Below are positions 13,070-24,410 of a DNA stretch of 64,000 bases, piece after piece. Under the pieces are notes generated by a model. That model made no database searches. It had not been told where the DNA came from and saw only the letters and a program-made list of their open reading frames with translations. Position 1 is the stretch's first letter, and each line of letters begins with the position of its first letter. Source of the stretch: Candidatus Cloacimonadales bacterium (GTDB taxonomy: Bacteria > Cloacimonadota > Cloacimonadia > Cloacimonadales > JAFGVF01); NCBI GenBank assembly GCA_963667035.1, contig OY762964.1:2528001-2592000 (forward strand), read 5' to 3'. A program made the translations under genes and the position numbers.

Positions 13070-14537
13070 CTGGCATCCCCCCGTTTTTTATCATAAGCAT
13101 GTCATCTGCTCCCATTCTGCATGACAACCTTGATACTTTGGAACAAAGTAATGCTTCCAATCTCTGAATAGATTTTTAACAACAACCGATAGTCTGTAGT
13201 AGATAAACTTACATAATTCCTTTAGATTACTCTTTTTACTAAGCATAATGTGTTGATACATTTCCGCAAAGTCGTATCGATACTTATCCAAAGAATAAAG
13301 ATAACTGACTGCCAATAATAACATGCAGTTCAGATTTCTTAACCTGTCCAATGTCATAACCTGCATATCTTCCCACGAATACTCCTGCTTCACATGACGG
13401 TGTACTTCTTCTACTTTCCAGCGGAGACGATACCCTCTTATTGCAGTTGTTATCAACTCCAAATCACTAAGGTCTCGATTTGGAAAATCACAGTTCAAAT
13501 AGAAAAAACCTTTGAGGCAATCTTTTCCTGATTCGTCTTTCTTAATATAACGGGCAACGACAAGGTTAGAATAAACAAGTGTTGCCTTTTTCTTGTGATG
13601 AGCATCAACTGGCACTCCAACTCTGATTACTCCGGCGATAAGAGTTGCATTACCGGATTGGATTCTATACTTCAATTTCACATGTTTAGTAGCTTTCTTA
13701 AATGATATTTCCTTACCATTTACATAAAGGTTACGATTACCTTTGACGCGAATGATATATGAAGCCTCATTCTCTGTTAAATAGTTGATTACTACCTTAT
13801 CATCATAACCTCTATCCATTACATATATCCCTTTATTTCCTGAATACACCTGAATATCATTGATCCGATCAAACACAGACTGTTTCAGTATGCCCGGATC
13901 TTCGTCGTTAGTATGCAATTCAGACACAAGAGGACGTATCTCAAGCGAATGACCTTCTTTTGATACTCTGATTATATCTAATACTTCATAACCGTTACAC
14001 CACTCGCCTGTACTGCCGTCTCTAACTCTGGTTAATCCTTCCATCTTCTTTGAATGGCTTTTCATTATGTCGCTGGGATCAATGACTATCAGGTCATAAG
14101 ATGCTATCTTCTTGCTTTCACAAATCAGATGAATATTTGATAGATTTTTGTACAACTCAGGTTTTGATAAATGACGACGATATCGTTCGCAGAGCTTTTC
14201 TAATGAGATATTCACTTCATGGCTCATTGCAATCCTTCTGATTATACAACTACCGGATTTCAAAATGCCACTGACAAGCTCTTTTACAAATTTCTTCTCT
14301 TTGATAGTACAGCTATGTGTGACTTTGTTGATGAATTTTGAAAATTTAGCTTGCAGATTATGCTTTTTTATTATTGATAGTTCCATATAGTGAGTTCCTT
14401 TTGTTTTATTTTAAGCGTAACAACAATAAATAGGGACTCACTCTTTTCAAGCTTTTTCTTGACTATTTTTATACTTAAATTACCACTTTTTCAGTCACTT
14501 ATTATGACCATTATTCTAAATTTCGGGGGGATGCTTG
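13070..14537 (-). mobile_element. IS4-superfamily insertion sequence, 1468 bp
   Basis: Terminal IRs CTGGCATCCCCCCG and CAAGCATCCCCCCG (reverse complement). 9-bp target duplication TATTGTTAA at 13061-13069 and 14538-14546. Confidence 0.9.
13091..14386 (-). CDS. DDE transposase, IS4 superfamily
   Basis: IDPSD, MDRGYD and the Y-2-R-3-E-6-K signature (YRLRWKVEEVHRHVK). Confidence 0.9.
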   Translation of the reverse strand: MELSIIKKHNLQAKFSKFINKVTHSCTIKEKKFVKELVSGILKSGSCIIRRIAMSHEVNISLEKLCERYRRHLSKPELYKNLSNIHLICESKKIASYDLIVIDPSDIMKSHSKKMEGLTRVRDGSTGEWCNGYEVLDIIRVSKEGHSLEIRPLVSELHTNDEDPGILKQSVFDRINDIQVYSGNKGIYVMDRGYDDKVVINYLTENEASYIIRVKGNRNLYVNGKEISFKKATKHVKLKYRIQSGNATLIAGVIRVGVPVDAHHKKKATLVYSNLVVARYIKKDESGKDCLKGFFYLNCDFPNRDLSDLELITTAIRGYRLRWKVEEVHRHVKQEYSWEDMQVMTLDRLRNLNCMLLLAVSYLYSLDKYRYDFAEMYQHIMLSKKSNLKELCKFIYYRLSVVVKNLFRDWKHYFVPKYQGCHAEWEQMTCL

Positions 14538-14620
14538 TATTGTTAATAATTGTTAAAGAGTAATGTAAGAGAAATCACCAAGTATAGCTACAGCTATTTG
14601 TTAATCCGATATCTTATTGA

Positions 14621-14664
14621 TTACTAGCTCTTTAAACTATCTGATAAAGGGCAGTTATCCCACT
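14621..14664. repeat. ~45-bp imperfect direct repeat, copy 1 (copy 2 at 15892-15936)
   Basis: TTACTAGCTCTTTAAACTATCTGATAAAGGGCAGTTATCCCACT versus TTACTTAGTTCTTTAAATTATCTGATAAAGAACAATTATCCCACT; each lies upstream of one lipoprotein paralogue. Confidence 0.75.
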
Positions 14665-14685
14665 AATAGTTTAATAGATACATTT

Positions 14686-14710
14686 GGGAGTCTGTAAATT
14701 GCAGACTCCC
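14686..14710 (-). terminator. Intrinsic terminator hairpin
   Basis: GGGAGTCTGT-AAATT-GCAGACTCCC downstream of the 14741-14980 ORF. Confidence 0.6.
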
Positions 14711-14740
14711 TTAAAACCTATTAGTTGTAGAACTAGATTA

Positions 14741-14980
14741 TCAAATAAAAATCCTAGCGACATAGACAACTAAAGCTATAAACAATAATACTGTTAAAAC
14801 CGTTAAGAGAAGGTGAAATTTATGATACTTCCTTATCACAATGTAGAGTATAATTTCTAAGCTTAAACCACCTAGCAAGATATATGTAAAAGTATCTCGC
14901 TTATTCATGAAGAGTTCAATTGATAAGCTTATGAACAGAATTATACTAATTAAAAACCTTATTCGTTGTTTATCTTCCAT
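14741..14980 (-). CDS. Small membrane protein (about 3 TM)
   Basis: Hydrophobic 79-aa ORF with AGGAG RBS, directly downstream of the lipoprotein gene. Confidence 0.6.
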   Translation of the reverse strand: MEDKQRIRFLISIILFISLSIELFMNKRDTFTYILLGGLSLEIILYIVIRKYHKFHLLLTVLTVLLFIALVVYVARIFI

Positions 14981-15005
14981 TAACTCTCCTAGTTAAGAAC
15001 AAACC

Positions 15006-15806
15006 CTAATCTGCTATATGTTCTTTATCTCGCAGAATACTAACAATATCTTTTAGTTGCTGAATTCTGTGTGGTATTCTCTCATAAAGGCTATACCCAT
15101 TTTCTACATAAATCAAATCTTGACTAATAATGACACAATCATCATCCATATAGTAATTTAACGAGAATATCTGATAGTATAAATTCCAAGAATTTGAAGA
15201 CATTATTTCATCCAAATAGTTCTTGGGAAATGTAAAGCTTCTAGTACTTGTTTCCAACTCAAATCTCTGAAAATGATCATTATTATCTGTACTATATCTA
15301 ACAACTCCACATTGAGCCATATTGCTTCTATTCAGACTCCAGTCGAATCTAATCTCATCATCAGGACTAATCGTGGATACAGGATTATCCCAGTGCATCA
15401 ATTGTGCAGCTTCAAGTGTACCATTTACTTTTTTGCTAAATATACTTTTGCTATATTCTTGCAGGGTAACATCGAATTCAACTTCATAGTTATGCCCCGG
15501 TACCAGCTGAAAGGGTAATTCATATAAGTATATTGTACCAAGTGCAAAGTCGATAAAACTACTGTAATCAATGCCATCAATCTTTAGGGTAGGAATGAAT
15601 TGTCCTTCATAATCTTCCAATTCATCATCAAGATTAACTAAAACCAATACCTCTTTATCCATAAAAGAGATATAAACATCTAGCGAGTCAGCTTGTTGCC
15701 AAAAATCTCCATCATGCTGATTAATTCCTCCAATTCCATCACTCCCACAGCCTGCAATAATCAATGCAAGTACAATTATGATTCCTAGAATAAACTCTGA
15801 TTTCAT
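15006..15806 (-). CDS. Putative lipoprotein of unknown function (paralogue of 12178-13008)
   Basis: Lipobox IAGC; PFQLVPG, FDWSLNRSNMAQ and RSFTFPKN blocks. Confidence 0.75.
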   Translation of the reverse strand: MKSEFILGIIIVLALIIAGCGSDGIGGINQHDGDFWQQADSLDVYISFMDKEVLVLVNLDDELEDYEGQFIPTLKIDGIDYSSFIDFALGTIYLYELPFQLVPGHNYEVEFDVTLQEYSKSIFSKKVNGTLEAAQLMHWDNPVSTISPDDEIRFDWSLNRSNMAQCGVVRYSTDNNDHFQRFELETSTRSFTFPKNYLDEIMSSNSWNLYYQIFSLNYYMDDDCVIISQDLIYVENGYSLYERIPHRIQQLKDIVSILRDKEHIAD

Positions 15807-15939
15807 AGTTCCCCCTCAATATGTTATAGATAGTCTCTTTTAAAGAGTAAGTAATTATATTTGTCAATATGTTATTTGCCTAATTACTCTTTTACTTAGT
15901 TCTTTAAATTATCTGATAAAGAACAATTATCCCACTGTA

Positions 15940-16015
15940 TTTGCACTGTGCACGCACTGCGAACCCGGTGTTTCAGTGGGTGGACAGTGCATTCACACTG
16001 GCTGCACAGTGCAAA
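15940..16015. repeat. GC-rich inverted-repeat element (REP/MITE or structured-RNA candidate)
   Basis: 13-bp perfect IR TTTGCACTGTGCA (15940-15952) and TGCACAGTGCAAA (16003-16015); inner GCACTG/CAGTGC pair; many CACTG/CAGTG words. Confidence 0.6.
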
Positions 16016-16128
16016 ATCAGTGCGTTGGTAGATTGAGTAGTTATAGAGATGAAAATGGACGTAAAATATACGTAACTACTTGGTAAATGCACTGTAACCG
16101 TGAGATAGTTACATTTTATAATATAAGA

Positions 16129-16152
16129 AAAGACCGCCATGTAGCGGTCTTT
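16129..16152 (-). terminator. atp operon terminator
   Basis: AAAGACCGC-CATGTA-GCGGTCTTT downstream of atpC. Confidence 0.7.
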
Positions 16153-16181
16153 AATTAGATTGGTTTTATTGGATTACAAAA

Positions 16182-17979
<1,798 letters not shown>

Positions 17980-18834
17980 TTAATTGTTGATTGCTTCAGC
18001 ACCTGAAGCAACCTCAATAATTTCGGTTGTAATTGAAGCCTGTCTTTCCCTGTTATATTGCAATTCCAGCTTACCAATAAGGTCTTTGGCATTCTCTGTA
18101 GCACTGTCCATTGCAGTCATACGACTACTCTGTTCTGATGCTGAAGATTCCAAGAATACCTGCCACATCTGGAAGTGAAGATAACGTTCAATCAGGTTGT
18201 CAATCACCATGTCTGCATCGGGTTCATAAACATAATCCACCATTGACACATTCTCCTCTTCCATTGCGGGAATCGGTAGTAACTGCAATTGACCTATTGT
18301 CTGTTGCATGACACTCTTAAATTCATTGAAGAGGACAACAACCTTACTATACTGATTGGAAAGATACAATTCTTTAATTTTATCAGCTATCTCCGATGTG
18401 ATGTCGAAATTAAATTTCTCCATCATACCGGTATAATCTGCTATTACTTTATCTGTTTTCTTTCGAAAGTAATCGAAACTCTTCTTCCCTATACAGATAA
18501 TATCACTATCGGGAGAATCCGCCAATAAACTGTCTCCTGTTCTTGTTATCTGTGAATTAAATGAGCCGCAAAGCCCACGGTCAGCAGTTACGAATACATA
18601 AAGTGTTTTTCCGGACGGGGCTGTTTCTTTAAGAAAGATATTATCTGACATTCTGTTCTTGAACTTAACGATTCTGGTCATTTCCATAATCTTATGTGCA
18701 TAAGGACGAGCTTTAAACATGTTCTGCTGTGCTTTACGCATCTTAGCAGCTGCAACCATTTTCATTGCATTTGTGATTTGCTTCGTACTCTGAACACTGC
18801 CGATTCTTTCTTTTATATCATTTATGTTTCCCAT
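17980..18834 (-). CDS. atpG: F1 ATP synthase subunit gamma
   Basis: QITNAMKMVAAAK, DRGLCGSFN, RQASITTEIIE. Confidence 0.98.
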   Translation of the reverse strand: MGNINDIKERIGSVQSTKQITNAMKMVAAAKMRKAQQNMFKARPYAHKIMEMTRIVKFKNRMSDNIFLKETAPSGKTLYVFVTADRGLCGSFNSQITRTGDSLLADSPDSDIICIGKKSFDYFRKKTDKVIADYTGMMEKFNFDITSEIADKIKELYLSNQYSKVVVLFNEFKSVMQQTIGQLQLLPIPAMEEENVSMVDYVYEPDADMVIDNLIERYLHFQMWQVFLESSASEQSSRMTAMDSATENAKDLIGKLELQYNRERQASITTEIIEVASGAEAINN

Positions 18835-18854
18835 TCTTACTCCGGATTAAACGG

Positions 18855-20360
18855 TTATTTGGCAAATTTACCGATTACCAGTTCACAGATTGCTTTCATC
18901 TGATTACGTTTTTCGTCATCAAGCCCACCTTCAACAAGTTTCTGGCATAACTCTTTATATTCGGTATCAAGAGTTAAATTAAGCTCTTTTTCAACCTCTG
19001 CAACCTGGTCTTTCTCAACTTGGTCAAGATAACCTTCATTTACCATAAACACAATCATTATCTCTTTGTAAACTTCAAGTGGTTGATACTGACCTTGTTT
19101 AAGCATTTCAACAATTCTCTCTCCACGTCTAAGTTGAGCAAGAGTTGTTTTATCGAGGTCTGAACCGAACTTAGAGAATGCAGCTAACTCATCATACTGA
19201 GCTAAAGCAAACTTAAGCTGTCCAACAACCTTCTTCATAGCTTTAATCTGAGCAGAGCCACCAACTCGAGAAACAGAGATACCTGCATTAATAGCAGGTC
19301 TGATACCTGAATAAAATAGCTTTGAGCTCAGGTAAATCTGCCCATCGGTAATTGATATAACATTAGTTGGGATATATGCCGAAACATCTTCAGCTTTTGT
19401 CTCAATAATAGGTAGAGCAGTAAGAGAACCCCCACCGTGTGCATCACTAAGCTTTGATGCTCTTTCAAGTAGACGTGAATGAAGATAAAAAACATCTCCG
19501 GGATATGCTTCACGTCCCGGTGGTCTTCTAAGAAGAAGAGATATTTCACGATACGCAACAGCATGCTTTGATAAGTCATCATAAATGATGAGAGCATGTT
19601 TTCCATTGAGCATGAAGTATTCACCCATTGCACATCCTGCATAAGGTGCCATATATTGAAGAGCCGGTGCATAATTAGCAGAAGCCATCACTATTGTTGT
19701 ATACTCCATTGCCCCATGCTCTTCCAAGGTTTTTACGATTTTAGCAACTGTTGATTGTTTCTGCCCTATTGCAACATAAATACAATACATATCAGATTTC
19801 TTCTGATTAATAATAGTATCAATTGCAATAGCAGTTTTACCTGTTTGTCTGTCACCAATAATCAGCTCACGTTGACCACGACCGATTGGTATCATAGCGT
19901 CAATAGCTTTAATGCCGGTCTGAACAGGTTCAACCACAGGCTGTCTGTCAATAACACCTAAGGCTTTGCTCTCCATGTTTCTAAATTCAGTGGCTTTAAT
20001 CTCTCCCTTACCGTCAACAGGCTGTCCGAGTGTATTAACCACACGTCCAAGAAGAGCTTCACCAACAGGAACTTGAAGAATTTTGCCGGTTCTTTTTACA
20101 ATGTCACCCTCTTTGATTGATGTAGCATCACCAAAGATAACTGCACCGACATTTCCCTCTTCCAAGTTCAAAGCCATACCGAAGATGTCTCCGGGAAATA
20201 GTAACATCTCCATAGACATAACATTATCAAGTCCATAAATACGGGCAATGCCATCACCGACTTGAATAATCTTACCTGTCTCGGCAACATCAATGTCGAA
20301 TTTAAAATTATTTATCCTATCTCTGATTAAGGAACTTATTTCATCTGGTTGAATTATCAT
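18855..20360 (-). CDS. atpA: F1 ATP synthase subunit alpha
   Basis: [31 protein letters not shown]. Confidence 0.99.
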   Translation of the reverse strand: MIIQPDEISSLIRDRINNFKFDIDVAETGKIIQVGDGIARIYGLDNVMSMEMLLFPGDIFGMALNLEEGNVGAVIFGDATSIKEGDIVKRTGKILQVPVGEALLGRVVNTLGQPVDGKGEIKATEFRNMESKALGVIDRQPVVEPVQTGIKAIDAMIPIGRGQRELIIGDRQTGKTAIAIDTIINQKKSDMYCIYVAIGQKQSTVAKIVKTLEEHGAMEYTTIVMASANYAPALQYMAPYAGCAMGEYFMLNGKHALIIYDDLSKHAVAYREISLLLRRPPGREAYPGDVFYLHSRLLERASKLSDAHGGGSLTALPIIETKAEDVSAYIPTNVISITDGQIYLSSKLFYSGIRPAINAGISVSRVGGSAQIKAMKKVVGQLKFALAQYDELAAFSKFGSDLDKTTLAQLRRGERIVEMLKQGQYQPLEVYKEIMIVFMVNEGYLDQVEKDQVAEVEKELNLTLDTEYKELCQKLVEGGLDDEKRNQMKAICELVIGKFAK

Positions 20361-20375
20361 AGTATCCTCAACTGT

Positions 20376-20909
20376 TTAGTTGTGATTTTGAGTAAATCTG
20401 TCAATATTATGCCTCAGCGAAGCATCAATAATCCGGGAATCTGTTTGAGCAATGAAACCTCCACCAATAGAAAGATCAATTTCATAGGTTGGTATAATCT
20501 TTTGATGCAGATACCCGGAAACTCTATCCTCGATTTCCGCCTTAAGATTATCATCAATCTCATGAGCTACTTTTATAGTTACCTTGCAAAGATTAAGTTG
20601 TTCCAGAAGCATTCTGTCAATCTCTTCAAGAATAGTTTCAAAATGAGATTCACGGTTGTTCTTAATAAGAAGTTGAACTAGACCGTTCCATCTCTCTTCA
20701 AAATGCAGAGTTGCTGAAATTTCTTTAAACAATTTCATCTTTTCGGTAGCTTTAATAAGTGGAGATGAAAGGAAGGAATTCAGTTCCACGTTTTCTCTTA
20801 AATCTTTCAATAGGAAAGATATATCTATTCTCAAATCGCGAAATTGAGGTAATGAGAAAAGAGAAATCATACCTTTAGCATAGCGATCGGCAATTATGTG
20901 CTGTTTCAC
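20376..20909 (-). CDS. atpH: ATP synthase subunit delta
   Basis: IADRYAK N-terminus, IDLSIGGGF..IDASLR C-terminus, operon position. Confidence 0.9.
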   Translation of the reverse strand: MKQHIIADRYAKGMISLFSLPQFRDLRIDISFLLKDLRENVELNSFLSSPLIKATEKMKLFKEISATLHFEERWNGLVQLLIKNNRESHFETILEEIDRMLLEQLNLCKVTIKVAHEIDDNLKAEIEDRVSGYLHQKIIPTYEIDLSIGGGFIAQTDSRIIDASLRHNIDRFTQNHN

Positions 20910-20911
20910 TA

Positions 20912-21388
20912 TTAGCTCCGTTCCTTTAACATGTTTTCAATAAGCTCTTTATCTTTCTTAGAATCAACCTTAGTCCCAAGAACCTTAGTAGACAGTTCTG
21001 CAACAAGATTAGCAACTTCTCCTTCGAGGTTCTTCATTGCTTTTTTTGATTCCATCTCAAGTCTTTTTTCACCTTCGGAAAGAAGCTTCTTATTTTGCAA
21101 ATGAGCTTCATCAATAATCTTATCAGCTTCTATCTGAGCTTCTTTTTTTATCTTTTCACGAAGATGTCTGGCTTCACTTGTAGCCTTTCTATATTCTTCT
21201 TCTTGAGCTTGAAGGAGTTTTTGAGCTTCCTCTTTAGATTTCCCAGCCGAATCTATATCTTCTTGAATCTGTTTCTGTCTTTTTTCCAACATCTCGCGTA
21301 AAGGCTTAAATGCCACTTTATTCAAGACAATCAAAAGCAGAATAAAATTCAGGATAACAACGACTAAAGAAACATCAATACTAATCAT
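20912..21388 (-). CDS. atpF: ATP synthase Fo subunit b
   Basis: N-terminal TM (NFILLLIVLNKVAFKPL) followed by a charged coiled coil. Confidence 0.93.
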   Translation of the reverse strand: MISIDVSLVVVILNFILLLIVLNKVAFKPLREMLEKRQKQIQEDIDSAGKSKEEAQKLLQAQEEEYRKATSEARHLREKIKKEAQIEADKIIDEAHLQNKKLLSEGEKRLEMESKKAMKNLEGEVANLVAELSTKVLGTKVDSKKDKELIENMLKERS

Positions 21389-21435
21389 TTTTTATCCTTT
21401 ATACTGGTTGTGAACAAAATCGGTCTACTACCAAG

Positions 21436-21711
<276 letters not shown>

Positions 21712-21716
21712 CTAAT

Positions 21717-22466
21717 TTATATAAATATTAATAGAAAAGCTACTACAAGAGCATAAATTGCAGTAGATTCCGAGACTGCGGCTCCAAGAAACATTGTTCT
21801 TGTTATGGTAGGACCTTGTTTGGAAAATCTTCCTAACATATCAGTTGATCTTCCTGCCACAAATCCGATTCCGATTCCGGGACCAAATGTCCCGAATCCA
21901 ATAGCAAGAGCAGCACCTATATAACCGCATATTCTCATTACAATATGCCCAGTTGTTACTGCTTCCGGTGTTATTGGTGTAGAATAAAGAAGTAGCAAGG
22001 ATACAACAAGAGCAAAAATAGCATCTGTTTGTGCTAGTGCTTGCCCTATAAGCATTGTTGTAGTTATCCTGTTCTGTTGATCAGGCATTCTTCCTATTGA
22101 GCGACAAGATTGAGCTCCTGTATAGCCCGAGCCAAAACCCGGTCCTATACTACCAAGTCCAATTGCTAATCCGGCTGCCAATAGAGTTCCGAATCTAAAC
22201 CAACCTGCGTCAGGATTATTCAAACCACTAAAAATCAGAAGAAGTGATACAACCAAACCAAATATAGCTCCGGTCTCAGTCACAGCCTGACTAATGAGCA
22301 TTGTTCTTAAAAGACCATCTCCTGCTTTTGGCTGTCTCATTAACGCAAAAGAAGCTTCTCCTGCTGTCTGACCTTCTCCTATACCTGCACTCAATGAGGC
22401 AACACCTGTTGCAACTGCCGCTCCAAGGAATGCTGCAATGTTAAGAATTTCTGATGTTAATACCAT
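21717..22466 (-). CDS. Triplicated (three-hairpin, 6-TM) ATP synthase c subunit
   Basis: Three tandem c repeats with loops RQP, RMP, RFS and outer helices QAVTETGAIF, QALAQTDAIF, AAVSESTAIY. ATG at 22466 after a GGAGAGG RBS. Confidence 0.9.
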   Translation of the reverse strand: MVLTSEILNIAAFLGAAVATGVASLSAGIGEGQTAGEASFALMRQPKAGDGLLRTMLISQAVTETGAIFGLVVSLLLIFSGLNNPDAGWFRFGTLLAAGLAIGLGSIGPGFGSGYTGAQSCRSIGRMPDQQNRITTTMLIGQALAQTDAIFALVVSLLLLYSTPITPEAVTTGHIVMRICGYIGAALAIGFGTFGPGIGIGFVAGRSTDMLGRFSKQGPTITRTMFLGAAVSESTAIYALVVAFLLIFI

Positions 22467-22476
22467 AGTTCCTCTC

Positions 22477-23490
22477 CTATTCCTCAGCAATAGCTACTGC
22501 AAGGTAACTCATAGCAAGCATTGCAAACACAAAAGCTTGAATTGTTCCTGCAAAAATTCCAAAGAAACCGTACAAACCGATAGGTACGATGATTAATTTG
22601 GTTAAAGCTGACACAACTAAAATAATAATGCCTCCACCCATGATGTTTCCGAACAAACGGAAAGAGATGGAAACCACTTTAGACAGCTCACCCACGATAT
22701 TTAACGGAGCTAAGAAGAACATCGGTTCTCCATACTCCTTCATGTATGCCCACAATCCTTTCTTCTTAATCGACATAAAATGTACAACTGAAAGGGCTGC
22801 AATACCCATTCCAAGTGGAACATTTAAATTTCTTGTCGGCTCAATAAATCCCGGTATAGGGATAATACCAATCAGATTACTAAACCATATAAACAAGAAT
22901 AATGTCAGTAGATAAGGTGTGAAATGAATGTTCTCTTTACCCAAAGTATCTTTAACCATTCCCTCAGCTCCTGCGTAAAAGGATTCTCCCATTATCTGGA
23001 GCTTTCCGGGATAGAAATTGACACCCTTGCGAATCATGATAGCAAGAACAATGAAGATGATGTCTACAATGAGTAACATCCTTAGAAGTTTGAAACTGTT
23101 AATTGTACTGGCATCACCGAAGATTTTGTGAAAGGTTAAATATAGCCCAATACTCTTATAGGGCAGGAATTCGGCTATTTCGTGTAATGCTTCTTCGTCA
23201 TTTTCTTCCTGATACAATTTAATTATTTCAGCGTTAGTCAATTGTTTTCCCGAACCATGTTTGACCTTCGCATGCATAACTTCAGATTCTCTGAAAAATG
23301 TATCCGGTTGAGTATCAGCAATAATCTCTTCCTGAAGCGAGGATTCCTCTTTCTCAATTTTGAGTCCGAATTTACCTGTTTCAGAATCCTTCCCTATTAC
23401 AATTGTACTTGTAAGAAAGAAAGATAGGACTAATTCGATAACAAAGAAGATTGCAAATAGCTTTAACAATCCCTTTTTCTTTTTCGACAT
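22477..23490 (-). CDS. atpB: ATP synthase Fo subunit a with N-terminal extension
   Basis: SISFRLFGNI (conserved Arg) and IQAFVFAML; extra N-terminal TM plus hydrophilic domain. Confidence 0.93.
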   Translation of the reverse strand: MSKKKKGLLKLFAIFFVIELVLSFFLTSTIVIGKDSETGKFGLKIEKEESSLQEEIIADTQPDTFFRESEVMHAKVKHGSGKQLTNAEIIKLYQEENDEEALHEIAEFLPYKSIGLYLTFHKIFGDASTINSFKLLRMLLIVDIIFIVLAIMIRKGVNFYPGKLQIMGESFYAGAEGMVKDTLGKENIHFTPYLLTLFLFIWFSNLIGIIPIPGFIEPTRNLNVPLGMGIAALSVVHFMSIKKKGLWAYMKEYGEPMFFLAPLNIVGELSKVVSISFRLFGNIMGGGIIILVVSALTKLIIVPIGLYGFFGIFAGTIQAFVFAMLAMSYLAVAIAEE

Positions 23491-23500
23491 ATTTACTCCG

Positions 23501-23878
23501 CTATTTCTTTGCGAATCTGCTTTTAACAACAGATTCTATCAAGCTTCTTGCAAAGATAACACCTTGAGCAGATAAAAGCCCAAGACCAAATATTAATATA
23601 TCAGTTTTCAGGATCTTAACGGCAATTAACGAAAATGCTATTAAGAAAACGTAACGAAAATAAAAAACTTTCACCGTTTTTACCTGTGTACTTTTTGCTA
23701 TCGGACCGAATGCCCTGGCTGCCGCCAGATACATCCATATAAAGTTGACAGCACTTCCAAAAGAGCCTAAAAACCAACTGTAAGCTCCTCTGAAATTTGT
23801 CGGTATCAATAGGAGTGCAGGTATATTTGTCAAGCAAATAATAACTACTATTTCTGCTACAAATCGCTTTGTTGTCAA
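23501..23878 (-). CDS. atpI: ATP synthase protein I
   Basis: About 4 TM, FYFRY motif, directly upstream of atpB. Confidence 0.75.
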   Translation of the reverse strand: MTTKRFVAEIVVIICLTNIPALLLIPTNFRGAYSWFLGSFGSAVNFIWMYLAAARAFGPIAKSTQVKTVKVFYFRYVFLIAFSLIAVKILKTDILIFGLGLLSAQGVIFARSLIESVVKSRFAKK

Positions 23879-23885
23879 GTCTGTT

Positions 23886-24155
23886 TTACTTCCTTTCCTG
23901 ATGCTTTTCCGTTTTATAAAACTTAGTTATCAGTTTATATACTCCCCAAAATCCTGAGAAAATTCCAACTAAACAGAAAGTCGCTAAAAAAAGAGGAGAT
24001 AAACCTGTTTTATAATCAAGCCAAATACCTATTAACACAGAGATGACTATGCAACCCGCCATATATAGTCCGGTTTGACCAATTAAAGTTAGATATCTGG
24101 ATATCTCAGGGTCGCTATGCCATTCTCTTTTTTTCATTCTTCCTTTTTTTCTCAT
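23886..24155 (-). CDS. AtpZ/AtpQ family ATP synthase accessory protein
   Basis: IGIWLDYKTGLSPLF motif, 2 TM, first gene of the operon. Confidence 0.8.
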   Translation of the reverse strand: MRKKGRMKKREWHSDPEISRYLTLIGQTGLYMAGCIVISVLIGIWLDYKTGLSPLFLATFCLVGIFSGFWGVYKLITKFYKTEKHQERK

Positions 24156-24410
24156 GAATCCTCTCAAGTCAATTTAATTCTTGGGTTGCTGTTATTATAT
24201 ATAGAACAATACGATGTTTATTTCCTAAAAATGTTACCATTTTAACTAAACAATTATCAACATCTACTTACTTCAAAGAATATAGTTGATAGTTGACTAA
24301 TCGAAAGTATGGTCTCATGGTTGATTCAAGCACTAGCTTAAGTAAAAATTATGAATAGAAATAATATTGACATTAACATAATTCATTGAAAGAATAGAAA
24401 TGGAGGTATT

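Noticed and set aside
15940..16030. tRNA or known riboswitch
   Set aside because: No T-loop (GTTCRA), cloverleaf or riboswitch consensus recognised; kept only as an unexplained structured element.
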